A DNA stretch of 64,000 bases. Source: Hyphochytrium catenoides. Its lineage: Eukaryota; Protista; Hyphochytriomycota. Where the stretch lies: positions 44,989-108,988 of the forward strand of contig FLMG01003022.1 of NCBI GenBank assembly GCA_900088475.1. Direction: 5' to 3'. A program made the position numbers and the translations under genes. The notes under the pieces are model-generated. The model did no database searches and was not told the origin of the DNA. It saw nothing but the letters and a program-made list of their open reading frames with translations. Below, piece by piece: positions 25,243-38,100 of this stretch (position 1 is its first letter; each line of letters starts with the position of its first letter).

Positions 25243-28200
25243 CTAGAATTGTTCTCCATCCCTCCTGGTGGTGTGAGCCAGGACTCGTGTATCATGTGCG
25301 AACCGGTGCATCGCGACCAATCGGCGTAACTGCTCGTAGCGCGCCTCATTGAGGTAGAGTGCCTTGCCTCGCCGAAGATTCCTGTCCTCCTCTCCGTTGT
25401 TATCAAGGTATAATGAGCCCCAAACGCACCTTCTCTCGCCACCCAGAAGCAATAGAACTGTACAAGCACGAACAAGCAGAAACGCGGAATACCCTCCTCC
25501 ACATGACAGAGCATGGGCAGAGCAGGCTCCTATGCCATCCAACTTGCACGAGGAAGAGTGGCAGCAGACCAGTGTACCGCAAAGAAGGCACAGAGCAGGA
25601 TGCTCAGGAATGGCCTGGCAGAAAGCGCAAAGAGACTTCTGGCAATAGTTGATAAAGACATCAGTGTACAAATAGGGGAGCCTCATGAGAGAGAGTGAGG
25701 CGGAGGAGTAGAATGGAGGCAGAACTGCCAACACTCCTCCGCGTCCTCCTCCTCTTGAGCCCAGCTTAGCTGCACAACTCTCCATCTGAGTAAACCACGC
25801 AGGGAGAAGCGAGCGGTGGGTCTCTTGGAGGTATTGTCGAGAGAACACCTGGGTCACAGGTGGTAGACCTAAGTAGCTTGTAAGCCAGAAGACGTCCTCA
25901 AAGGCGTCCGGGGAACGGAGACAAGATCGCCCCTGTCCCGACGGATGTCCAAAGTCGTTGACGCCTAGACAGCATGCTACGTAGATAGACACTTTCTTCA
26001 GAAATGGTCGGCAAAGTTCCTCGATCGCTTTGGTGACTGGCCACAATGGTCCTCTGCCCGTCTCTCTCTCCCCTTCTCGTTGGCGGCGAAATTGGCAGGA
26101 ATACACCTCCAGCTCAAGCGGAAGCGGCAAGGGGTCATCTTTCACTCTTGTCCTTTTCACCAGCTGAAGCATACAAAGCACCGCGTCCTCTAGCGTGAAC
26201 ACCTCCTCGCAGGACAGAACTTTTTCGTCCTCTCCTTGCATACTGACTCGCTTATCCCCAGAAAAAATCGACACAAACTCCTCCTCATTAGTCCCACCCT
26301 GTACCATCACCAGGGCCACCAAAAATGCGGCCTGAAGAACCACGACGGGAAAGAGAAGTAGCAAGCAAAACTTGGCGTGGACTGCTACTCTCCATTCCTC
26401 TTCCTCCTCGTCCTTGAACCAGACTTTCCTCCTGCAAAAAGGGTCAATGTGAATATCAGAACCACTAAGATCATAGTGTGTTGGCTTCAGAAGGAGAGTG
26501 GCTCTGATAAAAGTCTGGAATAGGTCCTGAGAGAAAAGAGGAAGGCCATCGGTGGGATTTAGCAGAGCCTGATTCCCAAAAAGAACTCTCTCTTCAACCG
26601 TTCTCTCTCTCTGCCACCTGCGGTACATGTCCTGCAAGTTTTTGACGTCCACAGCAGAAGGCTCTGAACTCAAAAGATCGTGTCCTCTCTTATAGAACTC
26701 TCTCTTGAACGAAAAGACTAAAGCGGAAACTGTTCGCAGTCCCTCCACTCTGGACGGACATCCACCGCCATTAGCTAAGCTTCGAATCACTGCTCCAGGA
26801 GAAGATGACGAGACAGAAAGAGGAAGAGGAAGGGACGAAGAAGTAGCCTCGAGCTCCTTCGTTCTAAGAGAAAGCTCAACAAGAGCGACATTATCAGATA
26901 GGATCCGATCAAGCTCCCTCATGACGTCAAAATCCGTTGCAGACCCCAAAGTGTTGAGGTACTGATAATGGAAGGGGTAGTCCTTGCTGTAGCTAGCCAT
27001 AGTCAGCCGGACTGCTGCGATTGAGCGACAGCAGCCCTGAATGTATGAAGAGAGAGAGCTCACTTGTTCTTGATCAACCTCACTTTCATCTTCTCTGTCA
27101 GACCAAGCGTGGCGCAAATCATTTTGTCTCCGGGGGTCATTGAGGTGATCCACTAGCCAATGCTCAAACAACGTAGAGCGCACCTCTTGTTTGCTCTCAG
27201 TCGTACTTGCATCTACTTCTCCAGCAGCAGGGGGAGAAGACGTACTCCTACTCGAATCTACCGGCCTCGCTCTACCCCTTCGCATTCCGCTTTTCTGTGG
27301 GGGAGGAGTCAGTGGGATGAGGCAGTTTCCTAGCCTTCTGCAGATAGGACACAGAAACTCTCCCACCCTAAGGTCTACCACGCTGTCCCCTTCAAAACCC
27401 TGCCAATGTTGCTGTCTGTCAATGAGTGTTTCATAATATGCCTTGAAGCAATCAACGTGAATCCGGTGGCCACAGCATTGGATATGGACACTCATATTGT
27501 GAAGTATGGCGGCCTCCTCAGGAATGTTATTCAGCACATTGGGTACATCGGCAGGATCCAGTCTCATTTCTTCCATTCCATACCGCAGTCGCAGCCATGT
27601 ATTGTACGCAGATGATTGCGTAGAGTCCAGCTCGTCTATAGTCCAGCTTTTATTACCCTCTCTGCGTTTGCCTGCCCACGCCTGGCGCTGGCTGGAGGTG
27701 CACAACGAAGTAGAGCTGACGAAAGAGACGAGCCCAAAGACCCCGGCCTGATCACCTCCTGATGATGAAGAGGAAGAAGACCTCGATGTAAAGAAAGTCG
27801 ATCCCTTGCACAAGGCACACTCGACTGCCTGCTCTTCGCCTGCACTTTGGATGGCAATAGCCTCGGCAGGTCTGTCCTCCTGGACGACTTCACTGGCAGC
27901 TGGCAGGGCCTGAGGTCCTAACGAAACGTCCTCTCTATCGGTCTCATCGTCACTTGTCATCTGATCTGCTTCTTCGGTCGCTTTAAAGAGAAAGGAGGCA
28001 GCGTCTTGCTGTTTCTTCATCCTCTCTAGGATCAGGGCTTGACGGGCTTTAGCTTCAAGAAGGCGCTGCTTTCTCTTGTCATCCTCATCTCGTGCTCCTT
28101 CGCTTTTGAGAGCTCCATCGCAGGATAACGCTTTCTCACTCTGCGAGATATCCCTAGCATCAAATGCAGAGGTATCTCGCTCTCGTTTCCTGCTAGACGA

Positions 28201-31200
28201 AGGAAGCAAAGGAAGAAGCAGAAGTTCTCGCCTTTCAAGGAGGTCACGGCATTTGTCATCTTTCTTCCGGAGGGTCGTCAACAACTCGAAAATCAGAGGG
28301 CGTTGGTCGCTCAGGTCGTCTCTGCCCTCAAAGTAAAGCAGAAGAGAGAGTATGCTTGCACCATTGACATCTCTTATCCCCTCTCTTGTTGAAGGAGAGA
28401 CGCTACCATACTGGGGCCGTAAAGGGGGAGACAATGTTCCAGGAACCTGAGAGAGAAGAAATGAGCATGAAACTTCAGTCGAAGTGTTCCACATTACTGA
28501 CCCAGAGCAAAGCACAAGTAAAGGACGCCAGAGGGGGCGCGTCTTATTTCTGGCTATCAATAGGGGTTAGGTCTTACCTCAAAAGAGGCGCATTCGAAAG
28601 GATCATCGGAGGGCATAGACATGGAGCTATCCTCCTTTCTGGATGTGTCATGATTGGCACCAATAGATCTACGGGGTAGCTGCGTATTGAGGCGGAATGA
28701 GTGCGGAAGAGACGCATCAGAAACGATTATGAATCAGGCCAACACCATCGACCATGCCGGTGTAACAGAACTACTGACAAAAGCAACGAGCATGTTAGGA
28801 CAGACAAAAAGGAATGTTTATACACAAGATAGAAGAAAGCTGAATCCTGACGCAAAAAGACAGGATCTAAATCTGAAAGAGAAAAGGGAAAGGTCCGCTC
28901 AGACCTTAATGGCTAGGGCGAAAGTGTATAATGCCAAGTTCAGCAGGCTCTCGGAGGAGGGCCCTCGAGTTGCGGTACGATAGAGAAGGGAGAAGACAGT
29001 GCTGTGCAGCTGGGCACAGTAGAGGAGCCGGTAAGGTAGGTCGCCGAATACAGGATACGAGGGCAGAAGAGTCGGTGGAGGTGGGAAGGGGAGAGGGTCA
29101 TGCTTTGGTTGTTGCCGTGAAGGAGAATCATTGCTGGAACTCCTCTGAGACATTTCTTTTCCTGCTGGCGAGCTGACGTATAGTCTATAGTTCTCTTCCA
29201 GTTTCTGCAAGTCGTGTCGGCAATAGTGTGTGAAGAAGGGGTCGATCTCACCCCACGACTCGGACTTTAGAGTAAAGTATCCGTTTCCCATGTCAGTCTC
29301 TCGAGGAGAGTGAAAGTCACCCACCTCCCGCAGATAGCTGTCGAATTCCTGGCTGTCCGATAGAGAGAGAGCAATCTTTCCTGTTAGCTGACTGGCTGTC
29401 ATGTTTCCCGTCGCCAGCCAGTGAATAATCTCTCTCCGGATTCTTTGTTTCTTGCTGAGCCCAATACGGGACCTATCACACACAACTTGTAAATAAAGAC
29501 GTAGCATTTCTTCAACTGGAGAGAGGCTCGGGTCAGCAGATAGGCCGAGTGGAGCAGGACCAAAGATATCGTCGGTCCCTGTGACGAGGGTAGAGGAGCG
29601 GGAGACGGAGAGAATATCTGTGGCCTCAAATCGCTCAATCATGGCCTTTAGCAACTCCTTTCCTCCTATGAGCATCCCACAAGTCTGTAGCAACATGATG
29701 TCTAGGTCCATCCCGGTATCGTGCCAATACTTGGACTGGTAGTAAGAGACCTAAGCGCAGACGAGAAAATTAGAATGATTTGCCCAGTGGTGATGCCTGC
29801 CCTGGCTCCCACGTCATCAGATTCTTTATGATCTTAGGTCTTTGTCCTCTTTCTTCTATCCTGGCTCCATCGCAACAGGCAGTCGTCTACAACGTCTGCC
29901 ATCATTTCTCTGTTCCTCGTTGTTTGTGCACATGCACACTTACCTGGTGATGAGCCACTTGTCCATTTCTAGCCCACAGTCCATTCACTATCTGACTTCT
30001 CAACACAAGGACTCGCAAGGGATGTTCCAATAACAAGAGTGGGAAAGACGGAGAAAGCTCGTCTAGTACCAGCAACTCCTCGATAGAAAGGGTCTGATAC
30101 TCATTCACCATTGCTGTCTCAACTTTCTGGAAGGTCTCCAAAATTTCACTGATTGCACATGCAAGAAGCCGATGCAGTGGTATGTGGAAGCTTACAGGTT
30201 GCGATGACACCTGACCATGAAGAGGATCCCAGAAGATCAGTACTTTGTGCCAACATCTATGGGTTTTATCGCCAGAAGCAAGCGGAGGATAGGTGGGAAG
30301 CAACGAGCACTCTAGGTGAAGGAATGGACGTATGGAGAGACCTTAGGCGAAAAGCAAAGTAAAATAACGAAGAAGAAAGCTACCAGGACCCAATGGTTAC
30401 CTGAAAGTGGACTTCTTCTCTCTCCTCCTCCCCTTCACCCTCCTGCCAGATATCCCCTAGCAGCAATGTGCCACTGATGCTTCTCAACCACTTCGAAAGA
30501 CTGGACTTGATGGGCCTCAGAACGGCTCTTGCAACCTCCAGGGGTTTGAGACCACGGAGGATAGGCAGATGACGCTCACTAATGGCAGGGAACAGAGCGC
30601 CTCCGAGTCGAGCGCGGCTAGCCTCCTCATTCTGGTCCCCCGGCACGGACCCTGGACACGCGCCAGCGGCGCATTCTATAAGTCGTTTCATGCCGGTAAC
30701 TAGGGTCTGCAAGAGCAGCATGACCTCGTGGTCCAAGATAAAAGCTGCCTGCCATGTCTTGCTCTCGTATTCGACGTGCTGGTACAGCGCCCTCTCTTGT
30801 AGATCCATATTCTGAACAAGGGAGACGAGCGATAGAGCTGTCTCTAGGAAAGAGGATGGGATCACGCCGGCGTACAGGCCTGTCCGGTGAAGGGCTTATT
30901 AGAGAATAGATGCTACGGACGAAGGATATGACAGAAGCCTTTGATTGGGTGAAGCTCGTGTTGAGCCAATAGACCAAGGGACAAAGCGCGCGCCCTTGGC
31001 GGACCGAGGAAAGAAAGAAGACCCTGTCCAAAAGTAGCCATGAGTCCAACACAAAAGGGAAACGGTGGATTCCATCAAATGCTGTTGGTAGGTAGAAGTA
31101 GGGAAAGAATATCATTTGAACCTGCTTTCCTAGTTTGTTCTTCATGTCCTATCACGAGTGAGCTCCACAAACTGTGGCTTGCCACCAAATCATGCTCAAG

Positions 31201-33955
31201 CATAGTTCTGAGATCTGCCGCCAACCGGGAATACAGGTGGTCCTGAACTACGTTGGAAGAACAGTCCAGCACCTGCACCGCAACTGCCAACACGAACAGA
31301 GTAAGTCATTAGAAGTCACTGGGAACTGGCAGCTCATAGCCAAGTAAACCCATTATCGCTTAGCAGCGAGCTCTGAGCTCGTGCAACTTTTACCAGATTA
31401 GGCACCTCCATCACCACAACTCAATGCTATGTTAGTCAAGGATGAAGGTCACTTTTCGACCAGCAATCTCAATGTTATGACTACTCGATCAAAATTCATT
31501 CTTCGACCGTTTAACTCCCTCCTACTCAATCTACGTTGCGTCCTCTTACCCATCTCTTCACTGGTTGAGACGATATTCCGCTTTGATCCCTCCCAACTTC
31601 CATTCTCACCTGAGATACCGCTGTCTCTTAACTTTACAGCCTTCCTAGCCCCTGAGAGAAGTTTATGCATTCTCAGACTTAGAAGAGTAATAAGGTCGTT
31701 CCTTTCCACAATGCGAAGGACTTGCACTGGATTGTGAAAAAGTTGGCAAAAGATTCTGTCCAGAAAGCGTGTAATTGACTTCATAGTACTTGGAGATGAG
31801 TCTGGAGTCACAGGATGGATTGGATGTATAGGATCAGTGGTAAAATTCCTCCAGTCGGGCAGCTACTTCTCGTCCCTTTTTAAGCCCAATTCTTTCATCC
31901 CCATTAATGCCGCCAGTACTTCTCCTTAACTTGGTACCCCTAGCCGTATCTCTCCCTTGCATTCACTTTGCGCATAGGCATTATTACCTCCCTTGCTATT
32001 CCTTCCCTTTCCCCCCAAGAAGTTGCCCTAGTTTTGCTACGGTCTGCATCATCCACGCCTGTCTAGGTTCAAAGCCCCATGAATTTCTTTCCGCTTACCT
32101 ATGTACAGATCAATAAGAGCGGGGTAGTGGCGAGTAAAATGTAGGGTGTACTTTTCCTTGAAGGAGGAGTCAAAGAGTAGCTTCAGGTAGAGAACCCCCA
32201 GCTGGTCGCACTCCTTCTCAGGAAGCAGAACCCCTCCGGCAAGAAGGACGTCTAGATTTGATAACTCTTCCTCTTTCCGAGACCGCGAGAGGTTTCCTAT
32301 ATGGTTAAGATTCATACGGACAGAGGCTATTTTAGTAGAACGCACTACAAAGGGTTCCTATTGGTGGTCGGTAGAGTAAGCCGTCAGCAGTCATGAACAG
32401 GGTAATAACGTGCAATGAGTAAGTTTGGGTTCGCAAAACGTGTGCGAGGGTGAAGGGGAGCAACGGATGACATTCAAGCTTACCTAGCGCGATGGCAGAA
32501 GAAGCATCTGATGAGCTCAGAGTCTGATAATGCTGAAGAATCTCAAGACCCTTTCTCTCTGGATCGGGGGCTTTATCGACGACAACTCCGCACACCACAG
32601 ATCGCAGCGGCGTGCAGACATCGCAAATCTCCACCAGCCAGTCGATGAGCGCCATCATTTTCTGACAATAAATATCAAAGTCAAGTCGGCTTAGAACTTT
32701 CTGTTGGTGACGGATCGTCCGCCCGTAGCCAGCAGCTCTGCGGACAGCTTGCACCAAGCTCTCTACCACTGGCTGCACAGCGGAGGAGATAGTCTCTACA
32801 TCCTGCGGGCTAGTTGGGTGCGGGGCATCTGATGATCCACGATGAAGTGGACAGAAGCCCGACTCTCGCCAAGCTAAAGGGTCACCGCAGTCACAACATC
32901 CTCCGCTGCTACATCTGTGGTCGGACGGATTAGTGCTGGCAATAATGGAACTTATAGATGGCTACAATCTTCCCTCCATAGTTCCCTTTCCAGTATCACC
33001 AATTCCCAAGAGGTTTTCGATGCATCACGTGCAACCGCCTGCCAGCTACAGCGATAAGGCTAAAGAGGTGGCAAGATGGCTATTGATGGCCTCTCGCACG
33101 CTCTTCCTCATATATTGGTGATTGCTTCTCCTTGCGGCCTCAACCTGAACAATCAGTGCGCACTTGTAACCCACTCCTTCCCCGCGTGTTTCCATCCTTC
33201 TCGGTAAGTGTCCCATCAAGTGGCTAACGAACTTCATTTCAGGGCATAGACGAGCTTACCGATATATTCTGAAGTCATGCCCAACGTGATCCTCAGCCTT
33301 GAAGCAGTTTACGCACATGCATGACGAGTCGCTTAGGCCGCAGGTGCGACAGCGGTAGGCGATGTGGTCACCTGTCCATACCTAAGGTTCATGGGCACAG
33401 TTATTAGACCAATGTCACCTAAGAGAAATCAGCCAACGTCCGTCTTGGCCAGAGGTATCAATGTCCTTTCTCTGCTCTCTTTCCTCTACTCTCGTCAACA
33501 ATTGTAACATGCCAATGGGCCCCGACGTACCATCCCATCTCCTGTGTACTACCCCTGCTGCCCTCGTCCTCCTTTATCCTTCAATGTACTCCTAACCCTT
33601 CACCTAGCTGTCTAACTCTAGCTGTGTATCCAATCTCTTCTGGCTTGGGCCTGCTGATTGGTCTGACGCCTACCTCCTGGCACTTGCTACGGATTGGATA
33701 CTTCTTTCTCATGCTCAGGCAAAAGACATCCCAGTCCTGTCCCTGAGCAATCCAAAGACTAGCCATCGATAAGGTCACCGTAGGGTTAGGTGACATCTCC
33801 AAAGCCATAGCCAAGATTCGCCTAAATCCCTCGCTAGTCAGTCCTAAGACATCGGGAGCCGTGGCTTCAAGGCCTTCAGACAGAATTCGGGTAACAAGGG
33901 CAACCTCTGCTATTGACGCGCTGGCCAGCGCCGGAGCACAGTCTATCATATCCAT
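25243..33955 (-). CDS. UBR-box/RING N-recognin E3 ligase (UBR3/PRT6-like; no ClpS-like domain seen)
   Basis: UBR box CQE|VWTGDHIAYRCRTCGLSDSSCMCVNCFKAEDHVGHDFRIYR|CSSGGCCDCGDPLAW. Also FHIPLHR, LEHPLR..VLRSQIVNGLWARNG and RREIIHWLA; split RING CALC...CGHRIHVDC...EFLCPICR; C-terminal PALCLLCG...WGSLYLDNNGEEDRNLRRGK. Confidence 0.93.
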
Positions 33956-35120
33956 GGCCCTGATCTAAGTTTAGAATAAACAGGACACAGCTGCTAGTCA
34001 AAACTTGCGCTCTTCTTTGCTCGTGCCATCCATCAATGTGTCATTGGTAGCTTGTTGGTCACCCCCTCCGCGAGTGGCTAGCTCAAAACACAAATGGTCT
34101 TACAATGTTTCTTGCTAGGAGGCTACAAAGCGCCGTCGCCGTTGTTCTCTCTGAGACCCCAAGCTGTCTCTTCTTCTTCAACGCTATTCTTCTCTTGCTT
34201 GGGAGCCTCGAATGTCTCTGATCGCGGCTGCTGGCGGCGTCTAAGAGGTTGACAGTCCGAGTTGCGTTGCGTAGGACGGGGAGGAGGGCGGAAGAAAGGG
34301 GAGAAAAGGCAGAATTGTGTCTTGGAAAGGTCATTTTTGACAAGAATCATCACTGTTCCTGCCAAGACCAACGTTATTTTACATCACGTTTCTCACAAAT
34401 CCCTAGTTAAGCTGGGGAGTGCAGTATGCAAACCACATTCTGTGAAATTTCAGTAATTAACAATAATGAACTCCTAATTCACACCTTCGTGTCATGTTGA
34501 ACTTTTACCACCACAGTGCCCCTGGCAACGTTTGGGGTTTGGGAAGGGAGCAAGGGAGGGAGGCTCAAGAGTTGGGCTTGGGAGGATCTGGAAAGTTCTT
34601 CACTTTGCCAGACGAAGATCCGCCGTTATTAGTGTCTCAGAGCTCATTGAGTCCTGGGAGCTGGAAGGTGCTAATAAAAGCAGGCTGAAAGAGGCGCTCC
34701 AAGCCTGTAGATCTCATAGAGGACCAAGAGATAGATCCTAGTTATTCACCCCTTTGTTTAGGTTTCGTAAGCGTACTACTTGTACTAGGAAATACATCCA
34801 TTCGGACCAACAAAGGATCTGTCCATAAAAACTAACTGTGCTGTAGACAAAGGATTCGCATCCCACCTACGACACCCTCCTCGAGCTGCGATTAAAGCCC
34901 ACTCCATGGCACGGTAGCTCAAAGAGAGGCGAAAGCTGTTGACAAAGTGTGATCGCAATATAAAATGAGAAGAACCTCTTTGTTATCATGCTTAGGTCCT
35001 TCCAAAGAGCCTTTCTGTATCTTGCCATATATACAACTGTGAGGAACAAGAGCACAAAGGCTTCCGCCAGTCTCCTTATACTCACACAGTAAAAAGAGCC
35101 GGGTGTCGCTCCTGTCATAA

Positions 35121-38100
35121 CTACATCAACCCGAAGCCTTCACATTCGTTGATGGCTAGTAGAAGCTGCTTCCTGAGCTTCTCCTTGCTTGAATACTCGG
35201 GCAACATCAACGTGTTGAAGCACGTGTGGGCGGTAGGAAGCTGAGCCGAATCTGGCCCTGCGCGGTGAATTTTGAAAGCCAACTTGGAAAGACCCCCGAT
35301 TGGAGCTCGTTTCGACCCCGTGGTAAACATTAGGAGCTGGACAGGCATTAAGAACCAGCGGAAGGGTAAAAGAGGGTCAAACAGTGAGGCGACACAGGCG
35401 CTGAATGACAAAAGGGAAGCCATAGAGTGATACCAACAGCCCAGGAAAGCGAAACGCAAGGAAGGACATTGTCGGAAGAGCTTACTTTTTGCTGGTGGGT
35501 AAGATCAAAGCCCTGCACAGTTTCCCAGAACCATCTGATGACAGAATGAGCAGCGGTGTAGCCTCCGTCGTAGAGAGTTACCCGCTCCAGGTCTTTCATA
35601 TCTAGATGAGGGGTGCCGGCAACCAAGAGTTCCAGCTCCTCAGCCCTGAAGGTGTTCAGCACTGGCCCACCTACAACCATAAGGAAGCCCCTAGCAAAGG
35701 CATCGAACTGCACCGCAATTGACTCCTTGAGAAGCCACTGGACGTAGCGCTCTACATATTCCCCCTTGTTGGCACTTGTGACTGGTTTCTGGTTTCCCCC
35801 TGGTACCAGCTCGTAGGAGTAGGTCTGACCTAGAAACTCATAAGTAACCTCAAAGGTCCGACAAAAGATATCTTCGACATCGTCCCCCGTATACTCCAAC
35901 AGCTGCTTCAGACCCTTATACAAGGCCGTATCAATGGATGCGACGTCTTCGATGGTTACTGGCCGTCGCAGTAGCAGCCTGTACACGACTATCGGGAAAT
36001 GGACGTCCAGAATCACCCCATTGTAGATCGCCAAGCCTAAAATGCACCCAATCAAGAAGTACTGGGGCACAAGACGAGTCAGATCTCTTCACTATCGAAC
36101 CCTTGCTGGACCTGGCAAATGTGGTCACATCTATTCCTAACTCTCATGACCTGCTCCCTAAACATTCCTTCCCACCCAGCCTTTCGGCACATTCTCAATG
36201 CCCGTAGCTTAGTTTCCATAAAAGATGCCTACCTCCGACTCAGACTCCAGTGAGTTCTTGTTAAACCAGATGCACCGCGTCTCCTCAATGTAGACGAACA
36301 TGCCATAGCTGGGGTCGAAGAGTTGGTGTACTAGGAGTTGAAAGAACTCTTTCTTTACTCCTCCCTCGTCCACTCCCTCTTCTCCGTGAAATATAACTTT
36401 CAGTTTCTTCTTCATTTCATTGGGTCCGGCAAACGATATCTGAGCTAGGGTATCCTGTAGCAGATGGTCTCTCCGGACCTTAAGAATGAAAAAAGGATTG
36501 CCAAGCTGGAATCCCAGAATAGACAGAGAAACAGCCTGCCCGAACACGATGTCAGCACATCAAATAAGACAAAAAAGTTATAGAGACCTACGAAGTGAGG
36601 TCATAAGAGATATAGGAAGAAAAAGTATAAGGGTCCAAAATCAGGATCGACGACTTAGACACACGATCAAGGAAAGCACTGCAGGCCACCTAAGCTTCCC
36701 AGCAAAGCATCCAACAAATCTATTGGTAATGCTAAACTCCAGACCCTTCATGAGATGCGTATGTATGGAAGGACGGGGGAAGCGTGATGGGTAGAGCGTG
36801 GCACAGAGAAGACAAACAAGATTCGAATAGACCCCGATTTAGGAATTAATGACGTAGAAGCAACATTATCTGCAACTGTGGCTCCGCTTACCTGCTGGGC
36901 TTGCGTGTTCATCTGTATCGCCGCCTCAAAGTGGAGCAATCTTCTCTTGGCGTCAGCACTTAGCAGGAAAGGATGAGCGCAAAAGGTAAACGCTTTGGTC
37001 GGGTCTGGATTGTTCCTCCAATTGATATAGTCGACTTGCAGGGACTGATCAGGCAAAGAGCTTACGGCCTCGTTGTAGAATCGTTCATGCCCGATCAGCT
37101 TAGCCTGTTCGCAAAGTGGCAGGCAAAGGTGCTCAAATGTCGAGGACATTTTACAAATGGTGAAGATCATACAAGGAGATTTGAGGAGTTCATCGTTATT
37201 GATGGCCGAACAAAAGTGCAGTAGACTCCAGTCATCAAGGATTTCTCCACTTATACCTGATCGTTTACAAGGTACAGCATATGAAGTAATCGACCTATCA
37301 TCGGGACTGCTCTGCCAGCACCCTGCTCTCTGTGTAAATGATAGCTCATGTGTTTCTGCAATGGTCCAACGATCCGCGACCCAAAAATATGGGGTGGATA
37401 GTTCGATCGGAAGCACATCATCAGCTGCTTCAGAGTTGGCGCTGGAAGATCCAGTAGAGCGCTCATCAGCTTGATGAACATATGGACGGACATTCCAGCC
37501 GAAGAGTTTAGTGGGCATTGCCAAACGATCAGGAAGAACCTTAGTTGCTCTAAGTCATGCATAAACTTGCAATAACTTCAAAGACACGATGGGAGAAGTT
37601 CGTCAGATGAGGCTATTGTTAAACGCAAAGCGACATTTTGCACCTTTCAGCCTCCTTTAACAACCCATCCATAGTCTTGAGAAGGGTTTCTGCAACTTGA
37701 GCACCATACTTTGAATCTAGTAAGAGCCACCTCAGTGAAAACTAATCCGAGGTATACGCCCAGGAAGATAGTTACGTACTGAAAACAAGGCCAAAAAAGC
37801 GCTCGACGCTTTCGACGTGAACCGCGAGAGAAGACACTCCAGCATTTTCCAGGTTCTCCTTTTCTGTAAGGGAAGGCACCATGAAGCTGCGATTGAGGAT
37901 CTGCGGAGATGAAAAGCACTCTTGAAGGTAGTAGAGAAGTTCTGCAGGGCTTCCTGTGGCATCGGCCTGGCCGGCGAAGGAGACAAGCCGCATGTCGTCA
38001 GGGAACTTGATGACGTCCTCTTTTGCCACTGTTATTCTAGATTCAGACCCTTGGTGTACAGCCAAGACCCCGGCTTTAAGACCATCTCCTATGTATCCCA

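Noticed and set aside
25243-28560. Possible non-standard genetic code
   Set aside because: Exons of 650-1100 codons read through under the standard code, and all in-frame stops I examined are explained by introns; TAA, TAG and TGA all end genes.
30921-30930. U12-type donor-like ATATCCTT on the minus strand in the UBR gene
   Set aside because: It lies inside an ordinary GT-AG intron whose phase already restores the frame.
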